From Blasia pusilla (taxonomy: Eukaryota), in NCBI GenBank assembly GCA_050084515.1, contig CM114271.1, positions 19,716,001 to 19,780,000 of the forward strand: a stretch of DNA of 64,000 bases. Direction: 5' to 3'. A model generated the notes under the pieces. It was not told where the DNA came from. It was given only the letters and a program-made list of their open reading frames with translations, and did no database searches. How positions within the stretch are numbered: the stretch's first letter is position 1; each line of letters begins with the position of its first letter. The position numbers and the translations under genes were made by a program. Below, in pieces: positions 51,901 through 64,000 of the stretch.

Positions 51901-54900
51901 TCAGTAGGATTATTACCATGCCAATACCTGCAAGATGGATTGTCAAGAAACCCTAGAGGAGAAGATGGAGGGCGATTTATGATGGGGGCGGAAGCGATGT
52001 ACTATGTTGAGGATAGACTACAATGTAGGATCTTGTGGGGAGACTCCTCGGGAGAGTGCTCCGGATAATAGTGAGGTTATGTCTCGTCTATCACAATTGG
52101 AGAGATTGATAACAAATTCCCAATGCTGGTGGAGGAGTTATTTGCTCAGATGATGGTGTAGCTAAGGGTGTACCATCTTGTGAGGGGGTTGCGTATCAGC
52201 CAATGGCATCGTCCTCTCCCTCTAGTGTGCCAGTGGAGGAGACTTGGGAGCCATTACTTGGGCCCAAGATTACAGGAGGTGAGAAACGACGCTTGACACA
52301 ATTCCTACGTGCTTATAGGAGTTGTTTTGCCTTTAGCATGAAGGAGTTGGGTTCTCTGGTTGGACCCGATATACGGATTGATTTGGCTAGTGATACGCCA
52401 ATCTTCCGTCGTCCCTACCGATATAGTGATATGGAGAGGGACTTGATTGAGTAGGAGGTTGGACCTTTTGGAGGTGGATTAGTGGAGTTGTCGCATGGAG
52501 AGTATGCATCGCCCTTTGTCATGCTCGCTAAAAGGATATGCATGGCAACTATACTGGATAGGCGGATGTGTGGAGATTACCGTCCTATCAATCGGCAAAC
52601 CAAGGCCGATAGGTATGCCATGCCTACACCTGAGGAGATCTTTGATGTGGTGGGACAGCAAAGATTTTCAGTTTTTGGATCTTTGGGCAGATACCATCAA
52701 TTGCCGATTCGGGAGAGTGACAAGGCCAAGACAAAGATTTTGGGGTGTCAACTCTCATGGCAAGGATTGTTTGTACCAATGGAAATTCTTACCCTTTGGG
52801 TTGAAGAATGCACTGCCGAGTTTCAAAGAGTGATGGACGGGATCTTAGCAGGGTTGGATTTTGTTCGGTGTTACATTGATGATATCTTGGTGTTGATGAA
52901 CACGGTGGAGGAGCATCGATACATTTGCAGATGGTGTTTGAGCGGTTGAAAGCTCATGGTCTACGTTTGCATCAGGAAAGTGTAAGTTCTTCCATGAGGA
53001 TGTTGAGTACTTGGGTCATGTGATCTATCCAGTGGTTTGGGAGTTCAAAGCAAGCAAAGGTGGAGGCTATTGCACTTATTCGCGTCCGATAGATGTGAGT
53101 AGAGTTCGAGCATTCATGGGATTGGCGAACTACTATCGGAGGTATGTGAAGGGATTTAGTGCTATGGCAAAGCCTTTGAACCAATTGCTGAAATCAGATC
53201 AAGAGTGGCACTGGGGAGATGATCAGAGAGAGATTTTGTGGAGCTTAAGGCCAGTTGGTGGCGGCGCCTATCTTGAGGAGACCTATCGAGGGCGCCCATT
53301 TTGATTACACACCGATTGGAGTAGGTTGGGACTTGGAGCGGTGTTGACACAACATGATGATGAGCACATGGAGTTTGTGGTGGCCTATGCAAGTCGTTCG
53401 AATAATGCAATGAGTCGCTATAGTTCATATGAGGGAGAGTGCTTGGCAGGAGTGTGGGTGTGGCACACTTTAGGTGTTACTTGTTTGGCACACAGTTTAC
53501 CCTTGTTACTAATCACCAGCCGCTCAAGTGGTTGATGGAGTCGGACAAGCTTACAGGGAAGCTTGCACGGTGGGCTCTTATCTTTACAGAGTATGACTTC
53601 CAGGTGGTACATAGACCTAGAGTTGCCAACCTTGATGCTGATGGGTTGAGTAGGAACCCATGTACTAGCCAAGAGGATACAACTGGGGCTAGATGGCATG
53701 GCGAGGTTGATGAGGAGATGGTGCCAGGTTGGCATGCATCCGCCTTTTTATGTTGGTTAGGGGTGGACTCTAGTATGGAGGACCACATGATATCTTACTC
53801 TAGTCAGAGGGTAGATGGCCAGCCTTCAGATCCTAAGGTTGGAGATGGTGGTACGGATCAGCGTGATATTCATGATGATGCGTTGGTGTTGGAGTTCCTA
53901 CGGACCAGTAGGGTGCCAGGCATAGTGAGTGCCAAGGAGCGAGACCGTGTTCTTCAACGTGCTAAGAGGTATCGATTGGAGGGAACACATATTCTCCGCG
54001 TATGGGAGGATGGTAGAGTACGAGTAGTGCCACATTTGACTCAGAGAGAGCGCATTGTGCGACATGCCCATGAGGAGTTGGGACATTTTGGGATAAAGCG
54101 TACGTATAGCTTACTCCTTGGCCAATATTGGTGGCGTGGCATGCATACTCAGGTGCAGCAGTTGGTGTCACGTTGTATGGTTTGTGACCGGGTGAGGGCA
54201 TCATTTAATGCCCCTACACCACAATTACATCCCTTGCCTATTATGGGGTTGGGTTACCGTTGGAGTGTGGACTTTGCGGGACCGTTACCGTTGACTGTAC
54301 GACATCATCGATATATGTTGATGATGGTGGAGCACTTCTCCAAGTGGATTGAGTTGGTGGCATTACCGGACAAGGCAAGTGAGGGAACGGCGTATGCGTT
54401 TCTGGATAGAGTGCTTAGTCATTTTGGTGCACCCGGTGAAGTCTTGACCGACCAGGGTCTGAGTTTGAGGGTGAGTTTCAGGTCTTTTGTGACAAGGCGT
54501 TGATTGATCATCGAACCACGTCTCGAGATCATCCAGAGGCGGATGGTTTGGCTGAGCGTGTGGTTCAGACGGTGAAGAGGGCATTGCGCAAGTATGGCCT
54601 CTGAAGGGCATCTTGAGACTGGGATATTCGGTTGCCATGGTTAGCCATGGGGTATAGGTTCGATCGCCAAGCATCCTTGGCTTCCTTCTCACCTTATTTT
54701 TCGTTATACGGCCGAGATCCGGACTTGCCAAAGAAAGCAATTGCCGGGAGTCTAGTGAGGTGGTGAACCTTGATGACCCAGAGATGTGGATGAGGGTGTG
54801 TTCTCGGCGGGCGGAGCTCTTTCGGAGAGTTATGCCAACGGCCTTTGAGAATCTTGCCATTGCTCAACACAGGGGATACGTTGCGGTATGCAACCATTCG

Positions 54901-55162
54901 GGTGGAGGTTATCGACCATCGATTCGTAGGTTCCATGTGGGGACTATGTCTATTTGCAGCAGATTGCCCGACAACGTTGGATGTGACGGCAAAGCCGCAC
55001 TATTTTACGAGTGCGTGAGGTGTTAGCTTCGGAGTTCTCATGTTGGAGGGTCGTGATGGAGTTGTTTGGAAGGACCATGTGCGTAATTGTGCGCCATGTC
55101 ATCTTCCAAATGTGGATGGTACTGTTGACCCAAGCTTAGCCATGATACATGCTAGCTTGAGG

Positions 55163-55304
55163 TGCATGTTGTGTGGGTCTGCTGGTAACGCAGCCCGTAT
55201 GTTGGTGTGTGATCGGTGTTCTAGGGGTTGGCACATGATGTGTTTGACTCCACGTTTGGATGTTGTTCCTCTTTGGAAGGTGGGTTTGTTCTCGATGTAC
55301 TTAG
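55163..55304 (+). other. PHD finger coding segment at the end of Gypsy pol
   Basis: CMLC..CDRC..WHMMC..[1-nt frameshift]GRWVCSRCT*, the C4-H-C3 pattern with the conserved Trp. Confidence 0.85.
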
Positions 55305-55478
55305 GAGAGGTAGATGACTTGATCTTTGCATGATATGGATTACAGATGTGCGACTAATGATGGGGCAACCTAGCACCCGGCCTTCTGATTCGGGCACCCA
55401 AGAAGGTGTATAGCATGTAGTAGATGTATAGGGCTACCTGGGAGTTAGAGGACCTAACCGCCGCTTGAGGGGGCGAGT

Positions 55479-56059
55479 TGTGGTACACTTGCGTTTGTGG
55501 ATACTCGTCTATGTTATGTATGTATGTGCGTATGGTATGTCTATGTTATGTATGTTGTATGACGATGTGGATTCGCACGACGACAGCTATCATGACCATA
55601 CGGATTATGTCGTAGAGTATGGTGTCTTTGGTAGAGGCCATTCCTTATGTAGGACCGTAGTGGCTTGGTAGAGATGCGGTTCCATACATAGGGTTGGGGT
55701 TACTCACTTGGGGTGACTTTTCCAAAGAGGGGCCCGCTCTTAGGTTGGAGGATATAAGGTGGCTTGCCCTCAAAAAGTCAGTTCTTTGAGTTGAGCTGTT
55801 GCGTTGGGAGTTAGGCTTGGTAGTGAGTAGAGCTCTTGGCTATGGTGTTTCCATAAGCTTCACGACCTAGATTCTCCCATCGTGGAGTGGGTTTGGCTCG
55901 ATTGTATGTGATTGTAAACGTGTTTTATGACAGTAGGTCTTTCACGGATTTCAGTTGTGGTACACTTGCGTTTGTGGATACTCTCGTCTATGTTATGTAT
56001 GTATGTGCGTATGGTATGTCAGCGATGTATGTTGTATGACGATGTGGATTTGCACGACA
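55479..56059 (+). repeat. Putative 3' LTR with ~105-bp direct repeats at both ends
   Basis: 55479-~55585 is repeated at 55956-56059; starts TGTGGTAC, ends GCACGACA; TATA-like GATATAAGG at ~55752. Confidence 0.65.
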
Positions 56060-56060
56060 G

Positions 56061-56449
56061 AGAGGATAGCATATGGCATATCTGACGCCACCTCTCACTA
56101 GGGTTTCTGAGGGACGATGGATGTGTCCTAGATGTACATAGAGTAGGTAGTTCTAGATTCCGATTCGTGTCTATGACATGGATGACAAGAAGGCGACTAA
56201 CGATGGGGCCACATGAGCATCCGACCTTTTTTCTCTTAGCATCCGAGAGATGTATGTCATGGTAGGTAGGAATAGATGGCTATCTGGAGTTAGAGGGACC
56301 TAACAACCAACTCAGGGGGCGATTGGAGATATTTTGGTACTTCTTGTCTCGTTGTTTGGATGCCATGAGTTGACATGGGATCGTGCGTGTTAGTGTGTAT
56401 GTTTATCGACAACGTTGTGTGTTGTGTAGCGATGTGTATGCGTACGACA
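56061..56449 (+). mobile_element. 3' end of a second, diverged PHD-Gypsy element (half PHD, 3'UTR, PPT, start of LTR)
   Basis: RG*HMAYLTPPLTRVSEGRWMCPRCT* parallels the first PHD; 56190-56323 is homologous to 55345-55478, including PPT CAGGGGGCGA. Confidence 0.72.
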
Positions 56450-57320
56450 TCCTCGAAGTATATTCTCAAAAACTTTGCAATTACGTCTTGGACTTTCCCA
56501 TCCTTCTCTGTAAGGTGTGCCAAATTGTGTATGCGGGGATCCCATCGATGCCAAGGGTATCGATATTCTTCGATGTGCACATGGTGGAGAACGAACGGCC
56601 ACACATGATGTCATTAGAGAGGCGGTAGCATCGGTGGCTCGTACTACAGGATACAACGTTGGGCAAGAGCAACTCCATGTCCTACCTTCAACCACACCAG
56701 CAACCTCTCGTCGGAGAGTGGAGCTTGTTATGTCTCGAGGTGGATTCCGGACACTAGGTGATGTGGTGGTTGTTGATCCAATACATTCTGACTTGGTGTG
56801 TGGAGCCGCACATACCAAAGGTTCGGCGGCCGAAGCTGCATCAAGAATCAAGGAGTTAAGTTATGTTGTAAGACATGCCATTGATGGATTTATTTCTTTT
56901 ACAATGGAAGTATTGGGTCATTTACATGTGTCTTTTAATACTTTCCTGGAAACATGTGCTCACCACTCCCTTGAGAATCATCACCTTGCCCCTTCCCGTA
57001 GTCCTTCTCTCTCTATAGTTACTACTTATTTTCGGCAATGCATCTCAGTGGCTTTACAACGTGCACAACCCTTGGCATTGATACGTTGTGCGGAGGTGGT
57101 GGGGGGTCGCTGGCATCGTCGTCCATTCACGTCTGTCCAACCACTCGTGTTCTTGTCAGATTTTTTTCAGGCTATCAATCGTGTAGCTCGTTGAGTCCGT
57201 GTTTGCGTTGGCTAGTTGCCATTTTCTTTTTGCATTCTTTTATGCATTTTTTTACTCCTCTTTTGAGATGTTATTAACTTTCTTTGTCCTCTTTTGAGGT
57301 TTATTTTATAATAAATTGGA
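56450..57320 (+). mobile_element. 3' fragment of CRE-like family B; RLE domain in an open frame (56517-57194)
   Basis: CVCGDPIDAKGIDILRCAHGGERTATHD (Cys/His motif), RRVELV..LGDVVVVDP, FISFTMEVLG, FRQCISVALQRAQ; co-linear with 27140-28001. Confidence 0.82.
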
Positions 57321-59591
57321 TATATTATATATTAAAGAGGAGTGAAATTTTTAGATAAAATTTGTGTACTCTTTTAATATTTAAAAAATAAAAATTATAT
57401 TTAAAATTTCAGAAGTTAAGTACAATTTTAACGAAATGTTGTTAACACTTAGCTTTTTTTTAACCCTTCTATGCATGATTTTGCTACACGTAGCTCAAAA
57501 TTTCGTCGTACTTCGTGCACAAAGTCACAAATTTTATTTTCAGTGTGAATAAATAAACTTTTAATCCAAAATGGCATTACCAAACGTGTACGTGGCCGTG
57601 AGTGGCATCACGCAGGCCCAATCAATGTCCGGGGGGAACCGGGTTACGTGTTGAGCTGACCGAAAGAATTTGAAAATTCAGATCGTCACTTACCAGCCAA
57701 AAACCGAGGGTTCAAGGAAAATGTCCTTTGAATTCGTATTTGAATGAAGAAAACTTCAAAAATTGCCGCTCGGATTTGTAGAGAGCCGAAATGTACCGGT
57801 TGTCACGAAAAAACTCCCCGGACCCTGAGCCCAATATGCGCATCGCGAACAGACATGTTGCGAATATTGACTATTCCCCGGGTGTCAGACATGGAAGCTC
57901 GACGGAATATTATAAGCATCCGATGTCTTTGCATCTCTCTCATAACCGGGCGGTGGTACGCGGGTATCCACGTCCCCGGCCGACGTAATTACAGGGAATA
58001 ACTGCGGGTCTCTTACCTCCAGAGGGTGCCGGTCCCCATAATGTGGGAGTTCGAAATTTCGAGGACAGAAATCATCATAAGTTCTACGTTCGTGTCAGGG
58101 GTACATCGCGGGAAGTGCCGCCTTCCCCGGATCTCCATCCACAATTCGCATATTTAAAAGAGTGTTCGGCATTGACACAACAAACAGGTCCTTGTGGACT
58201 CGTCCCGAACCGACGCGAGGGAGCCTCGGGGATCGGTCCGGCTATAGCGTCGGATTCGGGGTCCCGTAACTCAGACTCCAGTTTCCAAGTTACGACTCGT
58301 TCTTAAGTTGCCGACTCCACTGAGGACAAAACAAAGAAACTCTCATTAACTTATAACCTCCTTTGATAGCGCGGCTCAATTACCGCTCACTTATAGGACG
58401 CTGTTTTTTCTCTCCTCCGTTTGACACGTGTTGTTGGATTTTTTCAAAATTGAAGTACACAAATTCAAGGCCCTCAAAAGAAAGCAGGGGGACATGGACA
58501 CCTGTGCGATAAAGGCGTCTCGACTTTAAACTAGTTCAAGACTTCCTGTGGAGCTGTGCAATACAGGTGCACCTTTTGCGTTCATTTCCAATCATTTTCA
58601 ACGGGCTATCCAAATAACACGCCCTTATAATTCATTTCTATACAATGATCCGTATAGAAGCTGCTATTCGATCCGGTAGTAGTGAATGTACCGGAGGTCC
58701 AGGCTCCACTACACCATAGTCATACGAAGGTCTCGAATCACATGGTACATGGGTCTCCACTGAACGGGTTACGGCGGTCTTCGACAGGTTGGTGCGGCCG
58801 TACAGAGTCCGGAGACGGCCCCACCAACCTGTCGTATTTGGCCGGGTTCCGATATGACGGGCCAGGTTCGGAACGTGAAGCGGATGTTGGAACCACGAAC
58901 GGGAGTGAAAGGATATATTCTTTTGCAGGTTACGTTCGCCAATTATATTTACCTTCGCACTTGTGTGATGCACGGACGAGACGAGGGAAAGATTTCCGAG
59001 CATCCGAACCCCTTTAACGAATCTATTAGATCCCACACGTGTAGAAACTCGTGGTTTAAGAGGACAAGTGTCATTTCTATATCATTTAATAATTATATGT
59101 TTTAATATGCCCCCAATTAACTTGATGAATAAATTTTCAGAGCATTGGTTTAAAAATTACATCGTTTGATTAATATATAGATTATTAAGCATAATTATCA
59201 TGTGATGGAAGTGTAAAAAAATACGAATTCAAATTAAATGCCATCGAAATTGGATTGTAACTTTGTGGATGTGGATACATATCCACGTTTAGGAAATTTT
59301 TGATTTGAAATTTTTTTTAGTTTTTTAATCTCTTTATTACGTCGCGTCTTTTACTAATCCGCCACACTAGTTTCGAAAACTTTCGATTTCAGGATGATGA
59401 CGTGGCGTTGCAGGAGCCGGTGGTCTTCATTTTCACGGGTCCGGACTCCGGTGATCCAATGGCTGGCGGGGCTCCCATGTTTCTGGAGGCAGATTGAACC
59501 CAACCAAAGAGGGAGTTTCAATGGAGAATGGGTATGTTCTTATATGGAGAAGATCGGCCTAAAGGTTACTACTACTCAGGGTCAGGGGACA

Positions 59592-59637
59592 GACGAACAA
59601 GGATTACTACTGACGAACAAGGATTACTACTACAAGG
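59592..59637. repeat. 20-bp tandem duplication GACGAACAAGGATTACTACT x2 just upstream of CRE copy 2
   Basis: Directly visible, with partial copies on either side. Confidence 0.8.
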
Positions 59638-59652
59638 GCCCTCATATTCACG

Positions 59653-62600
59653 CAACGGAGCAGCGGGTTTGGGCGGGGACGGCGAGAGGCATGGACGGGG
59701 ACGGCGGGAGGAAGGACGGAGGGCGTAGGGGACGAAAAGAGACGTGCTACATGTCGAAACGGAGAGCGTGACGAGAGCTTCGTTTTGATCCGGACCTTGC
59801 TGCATGGCGTGAAGTATTTTTATTTTTATTCATCTTTTTAGAATTCGGTTCATATTAGGGTTCCAAATGTGAATATTAGAGCTTAGCTTATTGTCATTTG
59901 GAGAAATTTCCCAAGGTAACGTCCTCTATTCACCCACCCTTCCCTCCTTTCCCAAGTCCTTTCTTGTTTGTCGTATTTGTCGTATGTGCTTCTCATTTTG
60001 GTTCGATTCTCGTTTGTATTTGTTACCCTTCCCGTACATACACTTTCCTTCTCATCTATTTTATCTCGAAGGGCCCATGATCTTTTCACACTCTTAGCAA
60101 CTCTACGTATTCATGAGTTTATTTTTGGGAGGGGGTTGGGACTAGAAGTCCTAGGTGATGTTGGTAGGTGAGAGTTTATGTTAGAGGGAGCATTACCGTG
60201 GACGGGAAGAGAGTGGTTTGCCAGGACCGCTCGTTCGAATGGGGATGACAGGACTGTTATTGACGGGGGATTGTCGCACGATTTTATTGGAGGGGGCCAT
60301 ATCCTCTTCTTGGTGAGTTGCATCCATGCCTCGACCGCATTGGCTCCCCCGTGTGGGGACCCGTGGGGTCGTCTAGTCGGGATACTAAATGCCCATGTTG
60401 TCCCGAATTCTTCACTCGTTCGTGAATTCGGAACCACTTAGCGGCTAAACATCCCGACTTTGATAGATTTGGATGGGTGGTCCCTCCCGCCGACCATGGA
60501 TGCTCTCGGTGCTTCCCGCATCATCGCCCCCCCGAGGCATGGGAGTGGTTGAGGTCCCACCAGGGCAAAGCATTATAGGTCTCTTCAAGACCCGTTTTCC
60601 CTGCCGAGGTTGTTTCATAGGATCCCCATGCTATTCGGGGACGACCTCCGCCACGCATTCCTCCTTCCCCTCGCTAGGATCGCCCTTGATCCTATGGATG
60701 AGCTCGTGGTACCTACTACTTCTCCTTCCACGATGGTGTCTTCGTTACACTCGGGGAGGAAGGCCGGTCATAGAGAGGTTATAGCACGCCCGAGACGCTT
60801 TCGAGGAGGTGATTGGGAGTCTCTGCAGAGTGAGTTTGTGGCATTCGCCAGAGGTAGTAGTTCACCTGGTTTCCCGGCGGACGATCCTGGAGCAGCCAGG
60901 TTGCGACGATGTAGGACATTGGGGCGAGCCTGTGAGTACTCGCGAGCTGCACGTGCTCTTCGCCCGATGGACATGGCTCCTTCTTCAGCTGTTACCATCG
61001 ATGCCCTCCGAGGCTCATCCTCGTCCATCGGTTGACATTCCAGCTTTTGCACGTGACTTCCACCCTGACACGGCTATATGCCTTGACCCGTCCCTCTTTG
61101 CACGGGCACTCGGACGTTCTCCGAGGATTGCGGCCGGAGGTTTGTCTGGTATGATGTACGAACACCTTCGTGATTGCTTTCCTTCCGAGGACACCGCTAG
61201 CGGCTTCTCCAAGTTGCTTCAGTTGCCTCTCACCTAGCTCGGGGAGAATGCCAACAGCAGAGGGCCCAAGTATTAGGGGCGGGGCGACTTTTGGCGTTGT
61301 CAAGGGGTGGTGGTATCCGTCCGATTGCCATAGGTGAGGTGCTCTTGCGGTTGGTGAGTCGTACTCTCGCTTTGCAATTCCGTGAGGCTTTCGATCACAT
61401 CCGAGTCCGCACTGAGTTTGGAGTTGCCACGCCACCGGATGTGAGACGGTTGCCTTAGGTTTGAGGGCTTGTCTAGATGTACATCCAGAGTGGGTGGTTC
61501 TCCAAGTGGACGTGGAGAACGCCTTCAACTCCAAGATCTCGGGCTACTATATTCACAGAGTTGAGGGACGCGGGTGGCCCCATGGCGAGCCTCATTCCCT
61601 TTGTGCAGGCTTTTTATGGGGCCCTTCGGCCCTCTATTTCCACCATGGTCGATTCGAGGAGGAGGTCACGGTCTTGGAGTCCGCACCGGGACTCGTCGGG
61701 TGACCCTCTGGGTGGGCGTTTTTCTTTGTGGCTCATTACCGAGCGGTTCTTTCACGGTGGAGGCTTTCCCGGGTTGCATGTTCCCTTCGATGGCGAGATG
61801 ATACTCATATTGTTGGTCCCGAGATCTGGTTGTCCTTGCATTCGAGCACTTTTCAAAGACTTGGCACGTGTCGGTCTGGCGGTGAAGGTGGGGAAGTGCA
61901 AGGCTTGGTCTCCATTAGGCCTACGTGATGATCTACATTTACCCGACGGCTTCTTGCGACCTGTCGGAGGGCTTCGAGTCTTGGGAGTACCGCTCGGGAG
62001 CCAGGACTTTGTATCGACTTTCGTGGCAGCGGCTCTTACCGAGGATCTTCTCCACGTTGATGATCTTACGAGGATTGGTGACCCTCAAGTCGCCCGGCAT
62101 TCTCTCTTCTTGTTTTGCTCGTAGACCTGGTTACCTCACTAGAACTGTCTGGACATCTAGTCACCTTTCTTCCCTATATAGATCCTTTGATAGGAAGCTC
62201 ATGCAGGTGTTTGGGGATCTTCTAGGACCCGGCTCCTTAGAGTGCCCCATGGGGGAGTTAGCTCGTAGACAGGCCTCTTGGCCGATTTCTTTTGGTGGAG
62301 TAGGTCTTCTCTCGAGCGAGTTAGTGGCGCCCTCCGCTTTTTTAGGGAGTTGGGCCATAGTGGCACCCTCCTTTGCTCCCGATTTTTGGTTAGAGATAGA
62401 CCGCTCCTTCTACACTACGTCTCCTGTGTCGAGGATGGCTCTTTCCCACTTCAGTCTTCACTCACGCCTTGTAGAGATTCCCTTGAGTTGAGGCCGAGCC
62501 GTTCTCCCCACTTTCTCCTCCTTAGTTACCTCCGGTCGTCGGCCTGGGCTCCAATCTTCCTTGATGGAAGCCCACTTTGAGGCAATTTTAGAGGCACTAT

Positions 62601-63551
62601 GTCCGGACGGGAATATCCCCATGGAGGTTAGGGGCCCGATTCGCTCTTGCCCGGAAAGGGGCAGGCTCATGGGTAGGGGCGCCCCTTCTCCAAAGCTTTT
62701 CGTGATCGCACCACTTACCTATACCACAGCGATGCGGTTCCGCTTGGGCCTCCCCAACCATCGGTGGTTGGTTCGACACATCGCGAGTGTCGCCGAGCCT
62801 GGATCCACTTGGTGTGCATTTGGCACGCTGTCACTTGGGGTGAGAGGATAGCCACCACGATGCAAAGGCGGGATATCATGTTCAGATTGCTCGGGAGAGT
62901 GGCTTCCATGTGCAGAGAGAGAGGCACTACTCCATGCGGGATTCCCTCATTCGTGCCGATCTCTACATGACACGTGAGGTCGAGGTGGTTGTGGCGGACG
63001 TGGTAGTCACAGATCCTACGCGGGAGGCAGTGCGAGCCCAAGTGGTGGCCCAAGGGCGAATGCTACAAGGAGCGGCGGCGGCGACGGCGGCGGCGAAGAA
63101 GACACATATCTACTGATCGACTACACGAGGACACATCTTCATCCCCTGGCCATAGAGATGTATGGGGCTATGGGGGAGAGGTTCGACTTCGTTCTCACGG
63201 ATCGCGCCCATCATCTCCACTCGAGAAATGGGTTGTCCTTAGCTATCTGCGATTCTCAGACAGGCAGCGGGTCTCCATAGCGTTGCAAAGCGCTGCCAGG
63301 CTAATGGGATTTTGCGGCGGGCTCAGTCTGTGGGAGACGCCGGCGCTAGAGGCCCACTTAGTAGTAGTCATAGCTCTCTTGTTGTTGCTGATATTGTCTC
63401 TGCTGTTGGTGAGTTTCGTCGTTAGGGGGGGGAATGCCCCCTTCTTCCTTTTCTGGTCGTGTTGTGGCCTTCAGGTTTTGACTCTTTGAGTCCCCCTCTT
63501 TTGTACTTCCGATGGGTTTTCCATCACTCGTTTTTATCGAAGTGCATCTTT
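59653..63551 (+). mobile_element. CRE-like non-LTR retrotransposon, family A copy 2 (apparently full length; ORF ~60325-63424 frameshifted)
   Basis: Same ends, UTRs and RT/RLE motifs as 20450-24360 (QVDVENAFN, GDPLGG, LRVLGVPLG, RADLY..VADVVVTDP). Confidence 0.88.
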
Positions 63552-64000
63552 CTTCTCTACTGTCTAGAGGTGCGTTCCCAAGTTTGAAAAGACCGAACCG
63601 AGATGGACGGACGGACCGGTGGTCCATTCTGATGCCACGATTTCTCAGAGGCGGAATTCGGACGGCTATTGCGTCCGGCGCGAAGTTCCGTTCATAGGTG
63701 GCTGATTGTCGTGCTCTGTGGAGCGAGAGAAAGAGCGACAGACTTTGGTGTCAGACTTCAGAGAATCGCGAGTGGATCTTCGTGTCCGTTGCGTGATTCG
63801 GTCTCCCCAAGAATTGCGACTCCGCGAATTAGTTTAATTATGGTATCATAGATTCTAATGCGCAGGCTTCGACAGCCCAGGTACAAAGTGCGCACGCTTA
63901 CCAGCTCCACTTCGAGTCTGCATTTCTCCTCCTCAGAATTGTGAGACGGAGCCAGACATCGAGATCGAGAGAGGGAGAGGAGGCAATGGGGGCAAGAAGA

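Larger units (their letters stand above)
51950..56059 (+). mobile_element. 5'-truncated Ty3/Gypsy element with PHD-finger integrase, PPT and 3' LTR
   Basis: RT (RMCGDYRPIN, LPFGLKNA, CYIDDI), RNase H ([20 protein letters not shown]), IN (HEELGHFG, CMVC, VDFAGP, TDQG), C-terminal PHD; PPT GAGGGGGCGAG then TGTGGTAC at 55479. The left boundary is approximate. Confidence 0.88.

Noticed and set aside
57560-59400. Moderately GC-rich stretch with repeated CCCCGG words and short ORFs
   Set aside because: No recognisable protein, RNA gene or regular repeat period could be supported.
59572-59640. Short direct repeats resembling a CRISPR array
   Set aside because: The repeats are adjacent with no spacers, there are no cas genes, and the context is eukaryotic.
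63986-64000. Possible ATG of a downstream gene after a GA-rich leader
   Set aside because: Only five codons are visible before the window ends.

Overview
Eukaryotic, non-seed land-plant-like (probably bryophyte) genomic DNA; no prokaryotic operons, CRISPR, rRNA or tRNA genes were seen. There are two clear host genes, both on the minus strand. One is a 14-exon BRAHMA-type SWI/SNF ATPase (CDS 14824->2417) with one apparent 1-nt frameshift inside its poly-Q exon. The other is an intronless mitochondrial cysteine desulfurase, NFS1 (32909->31470). The rest is largely transposable elements. (1) Two apparently full-length ~3.9 kb copies of a CRE-like non-LTR retrotransposon (C2H2 finger, RT, Cys/His motif, restriction-like endonuclease) that share exact ends but have no poly(A) or obvious TSD, plus two remnants of an older sister family. 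(2) A decayed Ty1/Copia element split by a complete chromovirus (1 kb LTRs, AAGTT TSD, Met PBS, chromodomain). (3) A Ty3/Gypsy element whose integrase ends in a PHD finger, with an LTR bounded by internal direct repeats and abutting the end of a related element. (4) An intronless kinase pseudogene and an unknown ORF in a repeat-like segment. (5) Mini-Helitrons and degenerate tandem repeats. All calls are by eye from motifs; no database searches were run.
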